A stretch of DNA of 64,000 nucleotides from positions 47,370,001 through 47,434,000 of the forward strand of contig CM052818.1 of the NCBI GenBank assembly GCA_028534125.1, written 5' to 3'. The stretch is from Lama glama (lineage: Eukaryota). A program made the position numbers and the translations under genes. The notes beneath the pieces were generated by a model, which was not told where the DNA came from, ran no database searches, and was given only the letters and a program-made list of their open reading frames with translations. Shown piece by piece: positions 37,651-51,150 of this stretch (positions are counted from its first letter, which is position 1; every line of letters starts with the position of its first letter).

Positions 37651-39150
37651 TCAAGAGAGGATGAGGGGTGAAGGGAGTTGATAGGAATGTTGGTGTCAGC
37701 TCCCCCACATACACACACACTAAATGGTGGCTACTTTCTTTGCCAGCGCCTAGCTGATGATGCTGGATTTTTCTCTCCATCAGTACTCACAATCACCCCA
37801 CGTATAGTTATAAGGAACAGGCAGGTGCTAAATGAGTCCTGGGAAGAGTAAGGGATGATGAAAAGAAGGAAGGAGAGGACGCAGATCTCATATCTATCAA
37901 AGACCTGTAACACGGCATGATCCCAGACAAGAGGAGAAGCTCTCCAAACCCAGATGGAGGAACCCAATAGCCACCCCCTCTTTGAGCAGCGTTAGAGAAA
38001 AAATAAAGTGACGTCACATAGCTGTAGCCCAAATAGGAAGAGACTGAGGTTTATGCGACTAGCAGAGGTCCGAATGGCTTAGCTGCCAGTTGCTGCTTTG
38101 GAAGTCCTTGTTCAAAACAGCCCGGAAGCGTGGGGTTGTCCTCTGTACCACAGCGAGCATATCCATGTGGGATTCAGAGAGGGGGTCCAGAGTCACCAAG
38201 CTCCCCTCCACCTCCCAAAAGGATGACTTCCTGTGGTTGCTACCAAGCATGCCATCAGGGAAATGGGCTCCTATGAGGCGGCCCTAATTTGGGAAGAGAC
38301 CGGTGCTAAGGAAGTCAGCAGTGCTTCCAGACCATTCATTCTGGAGCCTGAACCAGGACGTGGGAAGGATCAAGAACAACAGACCACGCGACGGGAGGCG
38401 GGCCCTGTGACCTGAACTGCAGCCCCTTCTCGCCTCGACATTCCCCGAGCTCCCGTCTCCTGGATTCCATTCTCTCCAGACCTCTGTCCAACATCTTCAG
38501 TTCCAGTCATTTTCTACTTTAACAGGTGCCTCCCTCTCTTCACCAGAACACAGGCCCACTGTGGGGGAATGATCTTCCAGTTCATCCACGTTTAAATTTA
38601 CCTGTTTCCCGTCTTTTCCTCCACCAGCGTAACAGGCAGATTGAGCCACAGATGGCGAGCAGAGGAGTAAGCTGGTGATCGAAGCACAGAGGCGTGGCCA
38701 TTGCCTTGTCTGCTTGCAAAGCACTGAGTTTGCCCCTGGTGTGACCACCCACTCTTTTCTCCACACTGATTACAGATGAAAAAGTGACCCAGGCTGAGAA
38801 TGGACCCCAGCATTTCTGAACCTGGGATGAAAAGCCAGAAACTCTCTTTAAAATTTGCAAGCAGTACAGTGCTTCCTCCCCGGTGGAGGCCGGCCTTTAT
38901 CTCTGCTGCAGACCGTGCTTTTCTTCTGGGAAGACCACCACAAGGACTTCTAGATGCCAATGTGGAGCAAAGGCTCTCTTCTGGAATGGATTTAAACTGC
39001 AGTGAATAACAGTGTGGAAGGTTCTGTTTATAGGCGACAGAGCTACATTTCTGTGGGTTACCTTCTCTTTTAAAAGAACATTTATTTTCCAAGTCCAGAT
39101 GACGACAAAGGACCTTCAGTTGAAACTTATTGCTAATTTTAAAAGACATG

Positions 39151-39156
39151 GTGTGT

Positions 39157-39192
<36 letters not shown>
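39151..39192. repeat. (GT)n microsatellite, about 21 units with one interruption
   Basis: Read directly from the sequence. Confidence 0.95.
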
Positions 39193-39195
<3 letters not shown>

Positions 39196-39659
39196 TTTTC
39201 GTGTGTATGCCTGTTCATGTTCAAATATTGGAAAATTAAGAGGGGCGGCCCTCAGTGATTGCTTAGCAGGTGTGACTGCCTTGATGAGACACTGTCCCCA
39301 GGTCCGGGTAAGCAGTTCTCTGCCACTCCCGAATCTTCCCAGGTTGTTCTCTGAACATCTAAGTCTTCAGTTCTTTGTGGGTAAAAATCCTCCTCATCCT
39401 TCATGCTAATAATTCCAGGTTTACATTATGGTACTCTTCTTAGTGTAGGTTCCTAAGGGTCAAAAATCTTTTAAAATTGGAATGCCCAGAAGTGAATAAG
39501 CAGCTCAACCAATACAAAGTAAAATTTAACTATGGCCTTTAAATTTTTTTAAAAAAATTATATCTCTATTAATGTAGCCTAAAATATCTTATTATCCATG
39601 GGAACTAAATTTCAGTGTTGACTTACATTCAACTGACTAAATGTATGACAGATGAAACT

Positions 39660-39800
39660 CTGAAATGTAGTCTTCACCTGTCTGAGATTCAGGTGTTTTC
39701 TTAGAATCAGGTATAATACATGATTTTCCACCATGTTAAGTTTAATTTTGTTAGATTTACTTCCATTTGTTTTGATCTTTTTATGACCCAGATCTGGACT
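39660..39800 (-). mobile_element. L3/CR1 fragment
   Basis: tgttaagtttaattttgttagattt...gatctttttatgacccagatctg resembles antisense L3 ORF2. Confidence 0.45.
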
Positions 39801-40669
39801 TGAGGACACAGCCCTGTTGTGAGATAACTGTATCTAGGTTGGCACCGACCCATTCTCCTGCATCTTACAGGACAGAGCCTCTCATCCAGTGATAAATTAT
39901 TCTAAGTTTACCATCACCCAGATGAGTCTTTTGTATTTCAGGCCAAAATATCATTAGAGAACTTGTAAATGCTTTGAAGTTCTGATCCATCCTGCTTAAA
40001 ATTATTACAAAATTAGAAATGAAGTGATCACTTCATAAATACATAAACATAGTCTTTATTATGTTTACCCTATTGAAGACCATGCACACACATGATCTTA
40101 CCCAGAATTCACAGCAGCCCCGTAATGACCAGGAAGACATCCCCCTCCCCCACACACACCTTTTTACGCTTGAGAAAGTTGAGTCCTGTTGATCAGTTTG
40201 GACCAGAATCAGAATCATCTGACTTGCAGGCAATCTGCCTCCATCCCCTGCATCGCTAATGTCCCTTTCAGTGTCCTCGACTGGCATTAGACCAGCGCCT
40301 ACAGCCACAGCCCCAGACTTTCACAAGACAAAGCCCCATCATCATCTTGGCTTGTTCTAAACAGTCTCAATGAAATACTCAGGATCACAGAATTTCGGAG
40401 GGCTGGGGTTTCCAAGGGTTCACCTCGCCCCGGCTCCCCCACACTCCAGAACCCTCACTACAGCCCCCCTGGGGAGATAGTGCCCCCTGCCTTTATGCTG
40501 GCTGTGCAGGGGGCTCGTGCTCTCATGGGACTGCATGCTCCCGTCCGGGGATGGTGGCCCTCTGCACGACAAAGGTAGACTGCCTCCTCTCCCTTCCTCA
40601 GCAGGTCTCTCGACCGTTCCCAGCCACCTGCCCAGATTAAGCCTTTCTATTCGAGGTATTTGAAAACTT

Positions 40670-41240
40670 GCTTTGCCACTTTTCTCCAGACAATGCTTCC
40701 CCAAATTATTTAGCCAATCTGCCCATGGCCCAGTTCTCAAACCACCTCACAGTCTCCCCCCTCCTCTCCACGCGCTCCAGTTTTTCAACATCTTAAAATG
40801 CGACACCCATAATTAAACAGAATGCTCCAGATGTGGCTTGATTGGCACAAAATCATTTCCTCTTTTGTTCTGGACTGTGTTGTTTCCTAATGTTGTTTAC
40901 TGCTTTTTCTGTAATAGTTATTTCATGCTGGAGATACTTCTGATCCTGAAATTCCCCAAAGCCAGGGACCTTTTTTTTCACCTTACATACAATGAACATC
41001 CTCAGGTTTTCCCTGTTCTGGTCCCTGTACTATTGGTTGCTTGGACTTAAACATGGGATTTCATATTTGTCCTTGTTAGAGTTCCTCTCTAGTTTTGCCC
41101 TAGAATCCAATCTACTGAACTCTCTGACTTCTGAATAATTGCTGTTTGCTCTTTCCATGTCTAGGTAACCTGTCTTCTGTATTTTCAACAAAGTTCTTTA
41201 TGAAAAGACTGGATAACATTCAAAAACGAGACCTCAGGCT
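40670..41240 (-). mobile_element. L3/CR1 LINE ORF2 remnant
   Basis: ctcctctccacgcgctccagtttttcaacatcttaaaatgcgacacccataattaaacagaatgctccagatgtggcttga matches the antisense CR1/L3 'LEYCVQFWAP' region. Confidence 0.75.
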
Positions 41241-41754
41241 ACATTAACTTCTTGTTATTTGTTGTCTCTTTTTAGTATTCTTATTTATCAGGGTACCTTT
41301 TCATGAAGGATATGCAGGAGGTTTGTACCAGTCAGCAGTGTTCAGGCCACTGTACTTGGGGAACCCAGAAATATGCAGATAACTCAGTGTCTAATTGACG
41401 AGACAAGCTTAGCACAACCGGAAGCAGCCCGTGGGGGACAAAAGATGATAAGGTAACATATTGATTTAAATAAGCATCAGACAGTTTAAATGTTTAGAGG
41501 AGAAGGCTGCAAGAGACTAGAGAATTTTTTTTTCGAGTAGGTAGAATTTGAACCTTTCCAACACGATGTGTCATGTATTAGAAGAGAATTATGTACCACG
41601 TGCCAAGTGCTGCAGAGTTGGCAGTATTACTGTAACAAAACAAATGAAAGTTAACAGTAAAGGCTTCACATAAATGGTATCTGGGGGTGGGGGGTGAGGG
41701 AGGAGGGGCCAGGTGGAGGAGGAAGAGCAACTGAATTCCCTTGATTCACCTTTA

Positions 41755-43420
41755 CACATTCATTTATCCATTCATTCATTTAAAAAAATTGTAGGCTCCT
41801 ACTTCATGTCAGGCACTGTTGTAGGATGCCATAGTGCACGAAACAGACATAAATTCCTGCCCTGCAAAGGCTTATAGGAATATACGGAGAGTGACAGTAA
41901 TAAAAATGTTTGTTTGGTAGGAAAGTAAAAGGGCTGAAGAGAAAAAAATGAAGCAGGGAATAGGGACAGAAGATGTTGGAGTTATTAGGGGTCCTTGCCA
42001 TTGTAAACTGGTGCCTGGGGAAGGCCTTACTGAAATGCTGAAGAAGTAGGGCTAAGCCATCATCTATGGGGATGCAGGCCTTAGGTAGAGCCAGCATTAA
42101 GGCCCTAAGGAGATATGTGCCCGTGGTATCTGAGGGACAGTGAGAAGGCTGATGTGGCTGGAACACAGATAGCAAGAGGAAAAAGAACAGACAAATTTAG
42201 AGGGGTCGTAGGTGGTAAGAATGCAGGTCAAGCTAGACTCATGGTCAGTTTTAAGAATTCTGGCTTTTATTCCAAGTGAGAAGAGGAGGCACTGCAGGGC
42301 TTTGACGGGGAGAGTAGGATGATGTAACTTCTAATCTAGTAAAATAATTCATGGTTTTGGGTTGAGAATGGATAGTAGATAAGCAAAAGCAGAAGTAGGA
42401 AGATGAGTTAAGGTGTTGTATCAGTTAGACAGTGCTGCATAACAGACACTCAGAAGCTTAAACAATAAGCATTCATTATCACTCTCCAAGTTAGCAGTGT
42501 AGTTCTTTGGGTTTGGTTGAACTCACACAGGAACAGGTGGGCTCCTCGGCTGACCTTGGATAGGCTCGGTCCCACATTTGCCTGCTCTCCGGCTGCAGGC
42601 TGCTCTAGGGTGGTCTTGGCTGGGACAACTACGTTCTCCTCCAGTTGACTGGCCTGGACTTATCCAAATGGAAATGGTAGGATTTAAAAAAGAAAATGTG
42701 GAATGAAGCTCAGGCTAAGAGTTGGCACTTGGACACATTTCAACCAAGTCACAGGCTTGATTCAGGTGTGTGTGAGGACTTGACCTCTTACAGCAAATGC
42801 AAAGACATATTGCAAAATGTCATGAATGTGGGGAGAGTTGAAGACTGTGACCAGTTTTGTGACCATTCTAAGATGGAGGCTATTGCAGTATCCAGGGGAG
42901 AGATGAGAGTGGTTTTCAGAAGAGTGGTATCAGTGGAGGTGATGAAAATTATTCAATTCTGTACATAATTTAAATCTCAAATGTGAGAATGAGTGTGATG
43001 GAGAAAGGACCCAATGATGACTCAAACTGTAGTTTTTCACAACTGGAAAATTAGAGTCACCAGCTCTTGAGCTGGGGGAAGCTGGCAAGAAGAACAGTTT
43101 GAAAAGGACGATCAGGAACTTAGCTGCACAATGTTAAGTTTGAGACACTTACTGCATTTTCAGTGGGACGTAGTCTCTCTGGAGATGGACTTAGGAAAGG
43201 TTTCTTATTGGTTGATATTAATTTGGGAGGCACTGCTTATAGATGACATTTAATGTCATGGGACTTTAGGAGATCATCAAAATAGGGGATGTTAATAAAA
43301 ATGAGAAGAGATCAGAGAGTGGAGTTCTGGGACACTCCTACAAGGATTGAGAAGAAATGAGTGAAGGAGACTGAGAAAGTGAGGAGAAAGAGGTGCAGCT
43401 AGAGATGCTTGATGGGGCAG
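41755..43420 (-). mobile_element. Long L2 LINE fragment interrupted by an MLT1 LTR
   Basis: cattcattcattt...tgtcaggcactgtt...cctgccctgcaaagg...tggcttttattccaagtgag...ggaggctattgcagtatccagg...atgttaagtttgagac. Confidence 0.9.
42417..42870 (-). mobile_element. MaLR LTR (MLT1H/G-like) nested in L2
   Basis: tgtatcagttagacagtgctgcataaca...gcttaaacaataagcattcatt...tgcaaagacatattgcaaaa; L2 sequence resumes across the junction. Confidence 0.8.
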
Positions 43421-46400
43421 GAAAATAAAGAGTGGTGAGAGGCAGAAGGCAGGGTTGCTGGAGGAGACTGAGGCCATCTTAGGAAGAGCCTCCTGTTCAA
43501 GACTAAGGAGGCAGACTTGGTTGGAGGTAAAACTTACTATGGTGTTTCAAGTACAACAGAGAGTCCTTCCGTGTCCTCATGGGCTGAGAACACAGTCTGA
43601 AAACCTCAGTCATTCTGGCAGAAGTCTCCTGAGCAGACCTGTTTGAGACGAGGCAGGGGGGATCTTCACAAGGCATCATGGATCTGACCGTGACAACTCC
43701 AAGGATCCAGAATGACCTCTGATCATCAATGCATAACTGATGGGACAAGCTGTAAACCATAGACTTACTTTGCTCAAACTTGAGTTCCTGCAGGTCTCCC
43801 AGCATTGCTACAGCTGAGTGGGAAATTACTACATATGGCGGCATTGTTGGGTGGGGGTCCAGGCACAAGTCTTCTGCAGGGAACCAGCTTTCTCTTCTTT
43901 CCTCAGAAGCAACGGCAAGTGATATCCTGAGTTCTTCAGCAGAACAGCCAAGGCCTGGAGAAATAAACTTGCTGAAAAGGACCGGCGATTTAATTTTATT
44001 CATTCTGTATCAAATTCCTACATCTCACAGTTTGGGCACAACAGGAGGTGACACTGTTAACTGTTACTCTTTTCACTTCCCTTTTTTCCCCCTCACTGAA
44101 CATAAACATATCATTACACAGTTACACTCCACTATATTTAGAGTTGATTTTTAACTATCTATTAAATCAAACAGGGAAGCTGGGCTGTTCTACCTGGAGC
44201 CAGTGGGACTGGCTGGGGGGATAGACCTATTCACGGGGGAGGGCAGAACTTGAGTGAGACTTGCTTTGCCGACCACAGAAGCCCCGGGACCACTCTTTGC
44301 TGGGGACGAAAGCAGACTGCTCCAACTGGGAAGGGCCAGCATCCTGCCCACAACCCCCCCGAGAACGTCTTGTTCACCAGTGACGGAGGCTTTAGCTTCA
44401 CTTCATTGTGTAGGTGGAAGGGATTTCACAGGGACCTATGCATATATTCCAAGCAGTTCCTTCATCAGAGACATGACTTAAAGTGGCCCAAGATGCCAGA
44501 GACATGGCAAAACTACAGTTTTTATTGTGAAACCACTTTGGAAAGTCCTTCTTACTGTGTCTCCTGCGCTGATGCTGGCAGCGTCTGTTGGCATTGGAGG
44601 TGGTGAGGAGCTCTGCGTTAGAGGAACTTTGATGACTTTTTGCTCACCCCAAGGCCTTCCCATCCCATTTTACTAAAGGATCTTCTATTGTTGGCAATGC
44701 CTGTTAACATTTGTATAACTAACAATTATAGAACACACCTTAGGAGACAGTACTGCAATTCACATGAGTAGGGTGGTTTACGACATGCCAACCGAATATT
44801 ACTTGTGGCCCTTGTCACAACACTGCGGGAAGAGTTAGGTATATCTTCTCCATCATATGATCTGAGAAAATAAATGTACAGGTTGAGTGGCATCAAGATC
44901 AACAGAGATCATGGTGGTGGAACCCTGAACAGCAACACAGCTCTTACGTTTTCTACACAGCCTTGCTTCCTTTAGACAGGATGGCACATGCCGGGGGAAG
45001 AAATGAGTGGAGGCCTTTCCACAAGGTGAGCATCAGGAGTTGGACATGGGCTGACCAGGTCGTGCTGTTAATCAGTGGCTGTAACTGGGGACAGGAAAAC
45101 TGGGGAGATAAAGACCTGGGAGGGCACGAAGGTCATGCTGCCAAGTCACCAGCTGCCACTGTCTACATCTTTAATTCTTCTTTATGCCCTTTAATTGAAC
45201 CTAATTACAACGTGATCAACTGAAATACAGCCATGGGGTCAGCCTCCGCTCCCACTCACCCAGTGGCTGCACCCCTGAGCAGCAGTGGTCTGCCAGCTTT
45301 GTCACGGGCTATATTGTCTCCTCTCTGGACGTTTATTTGCTTTCTCATTTGTAATCCAATATTTTTCCACCCTCTCTCCCTGCCATATATTTGCTTTTTC
45401 TAGCATTAAAAGTTAATGTTAGAAATCTCAGGTAATCAAACAGCTAAGAACATTTTCAGAAAAGAGGGCACTGTTACGTATTTGAAGAGATGTGTTTAGG
45501 TTTGTACACCAAGCTTTTTACGAAATGCTCTGGTCTAGAATGAATTATGTCAAGTGGGTGCATCGGGCAGTCATAGCATTCCAGATCCTTCAGCCTTTCT
45601 TAATGAAGAGAAGAGGCCTCATCTGGTATGAGTGAAGAGAAAAAGGCTAATACTGAGAGTTTCTACAGTACGTTCAAGTCCGGGTTCGAGGTGGTACCAT
45701 GACTGAGTATTAAATGAAGCCACATCTCCTTTTTTTGGATGATTTGCAGGCCAAAATTTGCCTATTTTTCGTTATATACTTTGAAGACATACTGAATCAT
45801 TATATTACTCAACAAATACTATTATCTATTTTGTTCCAGGTGCTGAAGATTCAAAAATGAGTTGCTTCCTGTTTGTTGCTCACAATCTGTCAGAGGAACT
45901 CAACCTCTTCCTCACATCTAAGAATAATTAAAATAAATGTGTGCTCCACTCAATGTAATTTAAGACAAAAGAATGGTCATACAAAATATACGTATTTTAA
46001 CTTTAACAGATTACAGTTGATCAGTAGAACTTACCCAGAGCTTGTGTGTAACATGACTTTTTACTTTGCAGGATCCATTCACAACATGGGCCTCAGTCTC
46101 AAGGTGCTTAAATTTGCTTGTGGAGAGGAGCCATAAATTCATAACACTGAAACACAGAGCAAGTGAAAAAACCCTGAAATTGAATAAAATGACAATAGAC
46201 ATAAAAAAAAAAGTCACCAAAGTTTAAAATTTGCAGCATAGTGTCCCAGAAAATAAAAACTTACAGATTTATAGGAAAGAGCTTTCTTTGCTTTATTTTG
46301 GATGAGAAGTGTTCGCGCAAGAAGAGGGTTGTGCAGGATAAATATTTAGTGCTCAGGAAGGAAAGAGCCGTTCAGGACAGCCGAAGACAGCAAGTACAAC

Positions 46401-46499
46401 AGGCAGCACTCATTCCTCAGCAAGGATGCGGAGCCCTGGAGCTTCCGGCCTCATTCAGTGCCTCCCTTGCTTGCCCGCTCTGCTCAGCAGCACTGCCGC

Positions 46500-47090
46500 C
46501 CTCGCACCCTGACACCTCCAGGTCATCCCTGCTTTGGCGCTCCTCCCTCTCTCTGGACCGCTCCTCTCCCTGCTGCTTTCATGAGCATCTCTCCCTTGTC
46601 AGTCCTACACCACTCATCAGAGGGGCCTTTCTGCCCCGACAGCGTGCGACAGCTGTCCTCTCAGTGGCACCCACGTTTCAGCCCCTCCTCTGCTGCTAAT
46701 TTAATTCTATTCATAGTGCTTGCCACCATCTGATAGTTCCCCTTTTTTATGTGTTGATTGAATATCTGTTTCCTCCCTATAAACTACATGGCCCAATACA
46801 GTAAACGGTAGCCAAACTTGGCTATTAGAGTTAAATTTAAGTTAATCAGAATTAAAATTTACAATTTCTGGTCTTCAGTCACCATAGCCACATGCCATGT
46901 ACTCAAAAGCCACATGTATCTAGTGCTTATGACATTGGAAATTGTAGGTATAAGAAACTTCGATCACCGTAGGCATCACTGTTCGTGGATATAAGTTCTG
47001 TGAGCTCTGGGGACCTTGCTGGCAAATGTACCGCTGTGTCTCCAGTCCCCTAAAGCAAGATTGAGAATAGATGTTTGTTGATTGAATGAA
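46500..47090 (+). mobile_element. L2 3' end interrupted by MER3
   Basis: tcatcagaggggcctttctgcc...ttcatagtgcttgccaccatctga...taagttctgtgag...atgtttgttgattgaatgaa. Confidence 0.75.
46786..46990 (-). mobile_element. MER3-like hAT-Charlie MITE
   Basis: cccaatacagta...ggctattagagttaaatttaagttaat...ttcagtcaccatagccacatgccatgtactcaaaagccacatgt. Confidence 0.8.
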
Positions 47091-47419
47091 CAGACCAGTT
47101 CCCCAGAGCAAATGGATTACAGAGAGCAGGAAAAAAAGATGAGGAGGCTGAATCCATAATTTGATGATCCAGATATTGAAACAACTCATATGCTAAAATA
47201 AGGAGTTCATTCTCATTGCCTAAAAGTCAAATGGGAGTCACTGACAGTTTTGAAATGAAGAATGACACAACCCAGTATCTAGCTGAAAATGGTTCTTCCA
47301 GCAGCATGAGCAGCGTGATTTGGAGCAGGAGTAACGGATGGCGAGAAGATGAGGATCACTGTCAAAGCCTGAGCTGAAAGTGGCTGAACCAGTAAAGCCA
47401 GTGCCCACGCTGGTCAGAA

Positions 47420-47780
47420 GAGGCCATACTCGACCTCAACATCTCACGGGCTTTATGCTAAACAAATAACAACCAACTTTATTTTTGGTTTACATGAAAT
47501 TTCATGCACACTGGCAGATGGTTCTGCCCCACACAGTCACTCAGGAACCCAGACTGATAAAGACATCACGATCTTGTGACTACAGCTAGAACACGGACTT
47601 CCTTAGTCACGATGGCAGGGAATCAGGTGGCTTTTCAATCCCTCACTGCAGATGTGACACATGTTATTTCCATGAAATATTACTAGCTGAAATTAATCAC
47701 ATGGCTCTAACTGCAAGCATTCAGGAAATGCAGATGAGCAAAGAGATTTATCTATGTATTTATTTTGTGAGTCAATCTGT
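47420..47780 (-). mobile_element. Old MaLR LTR (MLT1K/L-like)
   Basis: cacacagtcactcaggaacccagactga...gatgtgacacatgttatttcca...aatcacatggctctaactgcaag. Confidence 0.7.
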
Positions 47781-50454
47781 CCACTATATCGATAATCAGA
47801 TATGAAGAAATAAAGATAGCAAAATATGTCACATACATCTCTGAATTTTTCTATTCACATACAATTGAAATTTGTATACAGTAGAATTCACAGGTATTTT
47901 AGGGTCCAAAGGGAGGTCTATTCACAATAATAGCAAGTGGTACTGAGCAGAGCATCCTAGCGGACGACAGATAATGAAATGATGAATAATGTATGGGTAA
48001 CACTGATTATGTGTCAAGCGCTAGCAAAACCGCTGTGAACAAGGCATATATTATCCCTGCTTTGACTAACCTTAGATCCTAGTATACGAAACATGTAACA
48101 ACCAATCCCATAATTTGCTACTTACAATCATATGTGCTGCAGCCAGAACACGCAGGATTACACCATAAGTCTAGTCTGCTGTTTGTGGTGCTAATTAATC
48201 ACCATTTTCATCATTTCTGCCTTTGTTCTTTTTCAGATTTCTTTCCTGTTCTCTCTGAGAATTTGAACCCCTCACCAACTGACAGTAAAAAGACAAGGGA
48301 ATTAATGATATGGTAGGGGCCTTAGTGGACAGCGCAAACAGTCTGTTCACTTATTAAAAGTGATTCACTGATATCCCACCCCTGAGTTTCGCTCACTTGC
48401 TCTGCTTTTCTTCCCTGAAGCACCTAACCATGCGTCAGGACCAACGTGCCGCTTGTCTCCGCATAATGCTTAGTGCAGTGTTGACGCTCCGAAGCAGGCT
48501 ACAGACGAGGCACAGCGCAACGTAAAGGCGCACTGAGAAAAGCAGAATGACGACACCACGTCCGCTCGCACTTTGCACGCCGGCCACCTTGTCGCTTCGT
48601 GGTGTCGTACGTGCTGTTGCTGAATGAATGCAGCTGCGTAGAGCAATTGTCAACCGTGGATGTGGCTACCAGAATTTGGCAACGGTGCCCCTCACTGACT
48701 CCGAACTGAGCTGTTTGTCGAAGGCCAGCGTCACCACTGTAGTTTCCTGGGGGCGTGGTTCACATGGGGATGGCGAGATTTCAATCATTTTTCTGTGGTC
48801 ATGTTATTTGAGAATCAAGGATGCTGGACGGATGCCACCAGTTCAAAGATGCTCCGTCCTTCTGCGACTCAGCAGGTGGTCTATTTTCTTCCTTTCCTTT
48901 TAGGTGAAGATAATTCCTGATCAACCCTTTTCAGGCTAGTGCCATCAGAGTTCCAAGAGAAATCTTGTATTCTTTCATAGGCACATGACGAAAGAGGGCT
49001 GCTGAATCACTCACCTCCAAAAGAAAACGAACCCAAATTGTATTCCCTCCTCTGCCAGTGCTCCTCTGGTGAGCCACGATGACCTCAGTGACCCCCAGCC
49101 CTTTCTTCAGGTCCAAGGCCTGCTGTGTTCTCTCCTGTACTGTGCTAGAAAACGCCTCAGCCTCGTGTGACCCGCAGCAATTGGAAGGGCATAATGTGCA
49201 CATCTCTCTTCTGTAACTGCAGAGGGGTAATCGCCCCTCACAGCACCCTTGGCATTCCCGTCTCCCATTCAGCATTGTCTCCCTTCCAGAACAGGCACAT
49301 TCAAACCCCATGCTGGATTCAGCTTGCAAGCGTGCGTGAAAGGGTGCAGTGCAGCCAACACAGTGCTGAAGGTGCAACATCAGTTTGATGATACATAATG
49401 CATTACGCAGCAGTGGGGCCATGTTTTGCTTTGACTGAGGTGCCAATGACTCGGAGATGAGTTTTTCTTTCTTTTTTTTTTTTTCCCCTTCCCCTATTTG
49501 AAAGACATAAAGCATCGTGGATATAACATTTCCTGGCCACGCTGCAACTGTATCTTCCCTACCTGCTATTGCCCACGTGATAATGGAACTCTGCAATAAT
49601 ATTAGGGGCGTGTGGAAAATCTATGGCCAATTTAGTCACTCAAGCAGTGCAAAATCTCTGGGTTAGGGCTGTGCTGGGAGATGACTTGCCATTAGATGAG
49701 CTGCCTGGAACTCTGCAGAAGACATGCTTCAGTGCCTCCTGGAACAGTCCAGAGCTGCGCAGGCACTCACCAGGGAGAGGGGAATGGGCGACACAGATGC
49801 CAGGAGCCGCAGAGTTGGGGGTTTCAGTATAATGACTGGTTTGATGGCTCTTTTACTTATTTTTCTAAGGCAATTTGGATACTCTGCTCTCAAAATGTCA
49901 AAAGCAAACACGCCTTTCATATGGTGGAAAGCCATTCTTGGCTTTGCTCTGTTAAAGAATTCTTGTCTATTTTGCCAAAGAGAAGTTAAAAAGTAGAATA
50001 CATAATACCTTTTTTTGAGAAAAAAAAAGAGTTGGGGTGCTTCACACCCTATCAGGTACATGACCTGGAGAACAGAACTTTGATCCTGGGGGTGACATGG
50101 GACAGACACCGTGGAGCTGCTGTGCAATCAATGATTTCTGGCTTCGGATCTGCATGTTGGAGCCCCTGGGGTTTGTGTACACAACCTGCGTCCTCTAGCC
50201 AGAAAGATAAATGACCATCTCATCATCAAGCCAAAACAGCCACCGAACAGCAAAAGTCAAAAATCACAGATTTTCAGTCCTCGAGATCAGAAGTTTGAAT
50301 TATCTAAAATCCGTACACAGCATTGATTATATTGTTTGCTGACGTATGACAGAGAATTGCAGAACTTCAGAGCAGGATAGGACTTCCGAATGATTACAAA
50401 TAGCCACTGATGTCTGTCCACACCGTTAGAGATCCCAACTGCTCTAGGGAGTTC

Positions 50455-51150
50455 CTTCCTTCGTCCACTTGTGGACGACATGCAGGTCGATACTGCGTCC
50501 ACCTGCAGTCGTAGACGAGACACGTGCGCCCTCCTCTCAGGAAGCGTGTGGTTCTAGGCAAAAGTCAAACAAGCGGCGGCCACGCAGTGTGATGGGTGGT
50601 GTTTGGGGAGGGACCGGAGCCGTGGGAGCGCGTGGCAGGCGTGCGTCACACGTCCGGGGGGCGGAGCGGGGCTGAGCGGGGACCCAGGAGAAGAGCCGTC
50701 TCGGCAAAGGAAGCGGAACGGGGCTCCTCGTGTCTCCTCCTGCGCCGCCGCCTCAGTGTCGGGTGAGTGCGAGCAGCGGGAGAAGCGAGGGGCTTCCCGA
50801 AGGAGCTGCTCTGATGTGCCTCCCGCTCCTGCCGTCCTTCTGCGTCCAGGGGCAGAAAGAAGCAAAGCTGGAGGAAGTGGCCCCCTGGGGCTTGCTCACA
50901 CCCCCACCCCCGGCTCTGGGCGGAAGGAGGAAGGAGGGGCTCCGTGCGAGGAGCAAGCCCCCCCCAGGGCTGAAATCGCGCGCTCAGAGTGCTGTCCCGC
51001 AAGTCACAAGCAAGGCTCTGCCCCCGTGGCCCTTCCTCTTGCCTGTGCAGCTCTGCGCCATCCGGCCTGGGACGGCCCCGCGGAAGCCTGGGCCACCGGG
51101 CCTGACGCTGGACCCTAGCCTGGGGGCGGTCGGTCTGGTCCAGCTGCCCC
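50455..51150. promoter_or_regulatory. CpG/GC-rich island-like region overlapping a decayed antisense L2
   Basis: Dense CpG; GC box GGGGCGGAG at about 50658; donor-like CGG|GTGAGT at 50762/50763. Confidence 0.45.

Noticed and set aside
38598..39224. 208-aa minus-strand ORF
   Set aside because: Runs through a (CA)n microsatellite; no recognisable domain
43503..44003. 166-aa minus-strand ORF
   Set aside because: No recognisable homology or clear splice signals
48931..49596. 221-aa minus-strand ORF
   Set aside because: Non-ATG start, crosses an A-tract (KKKKKK), no recognisable domain
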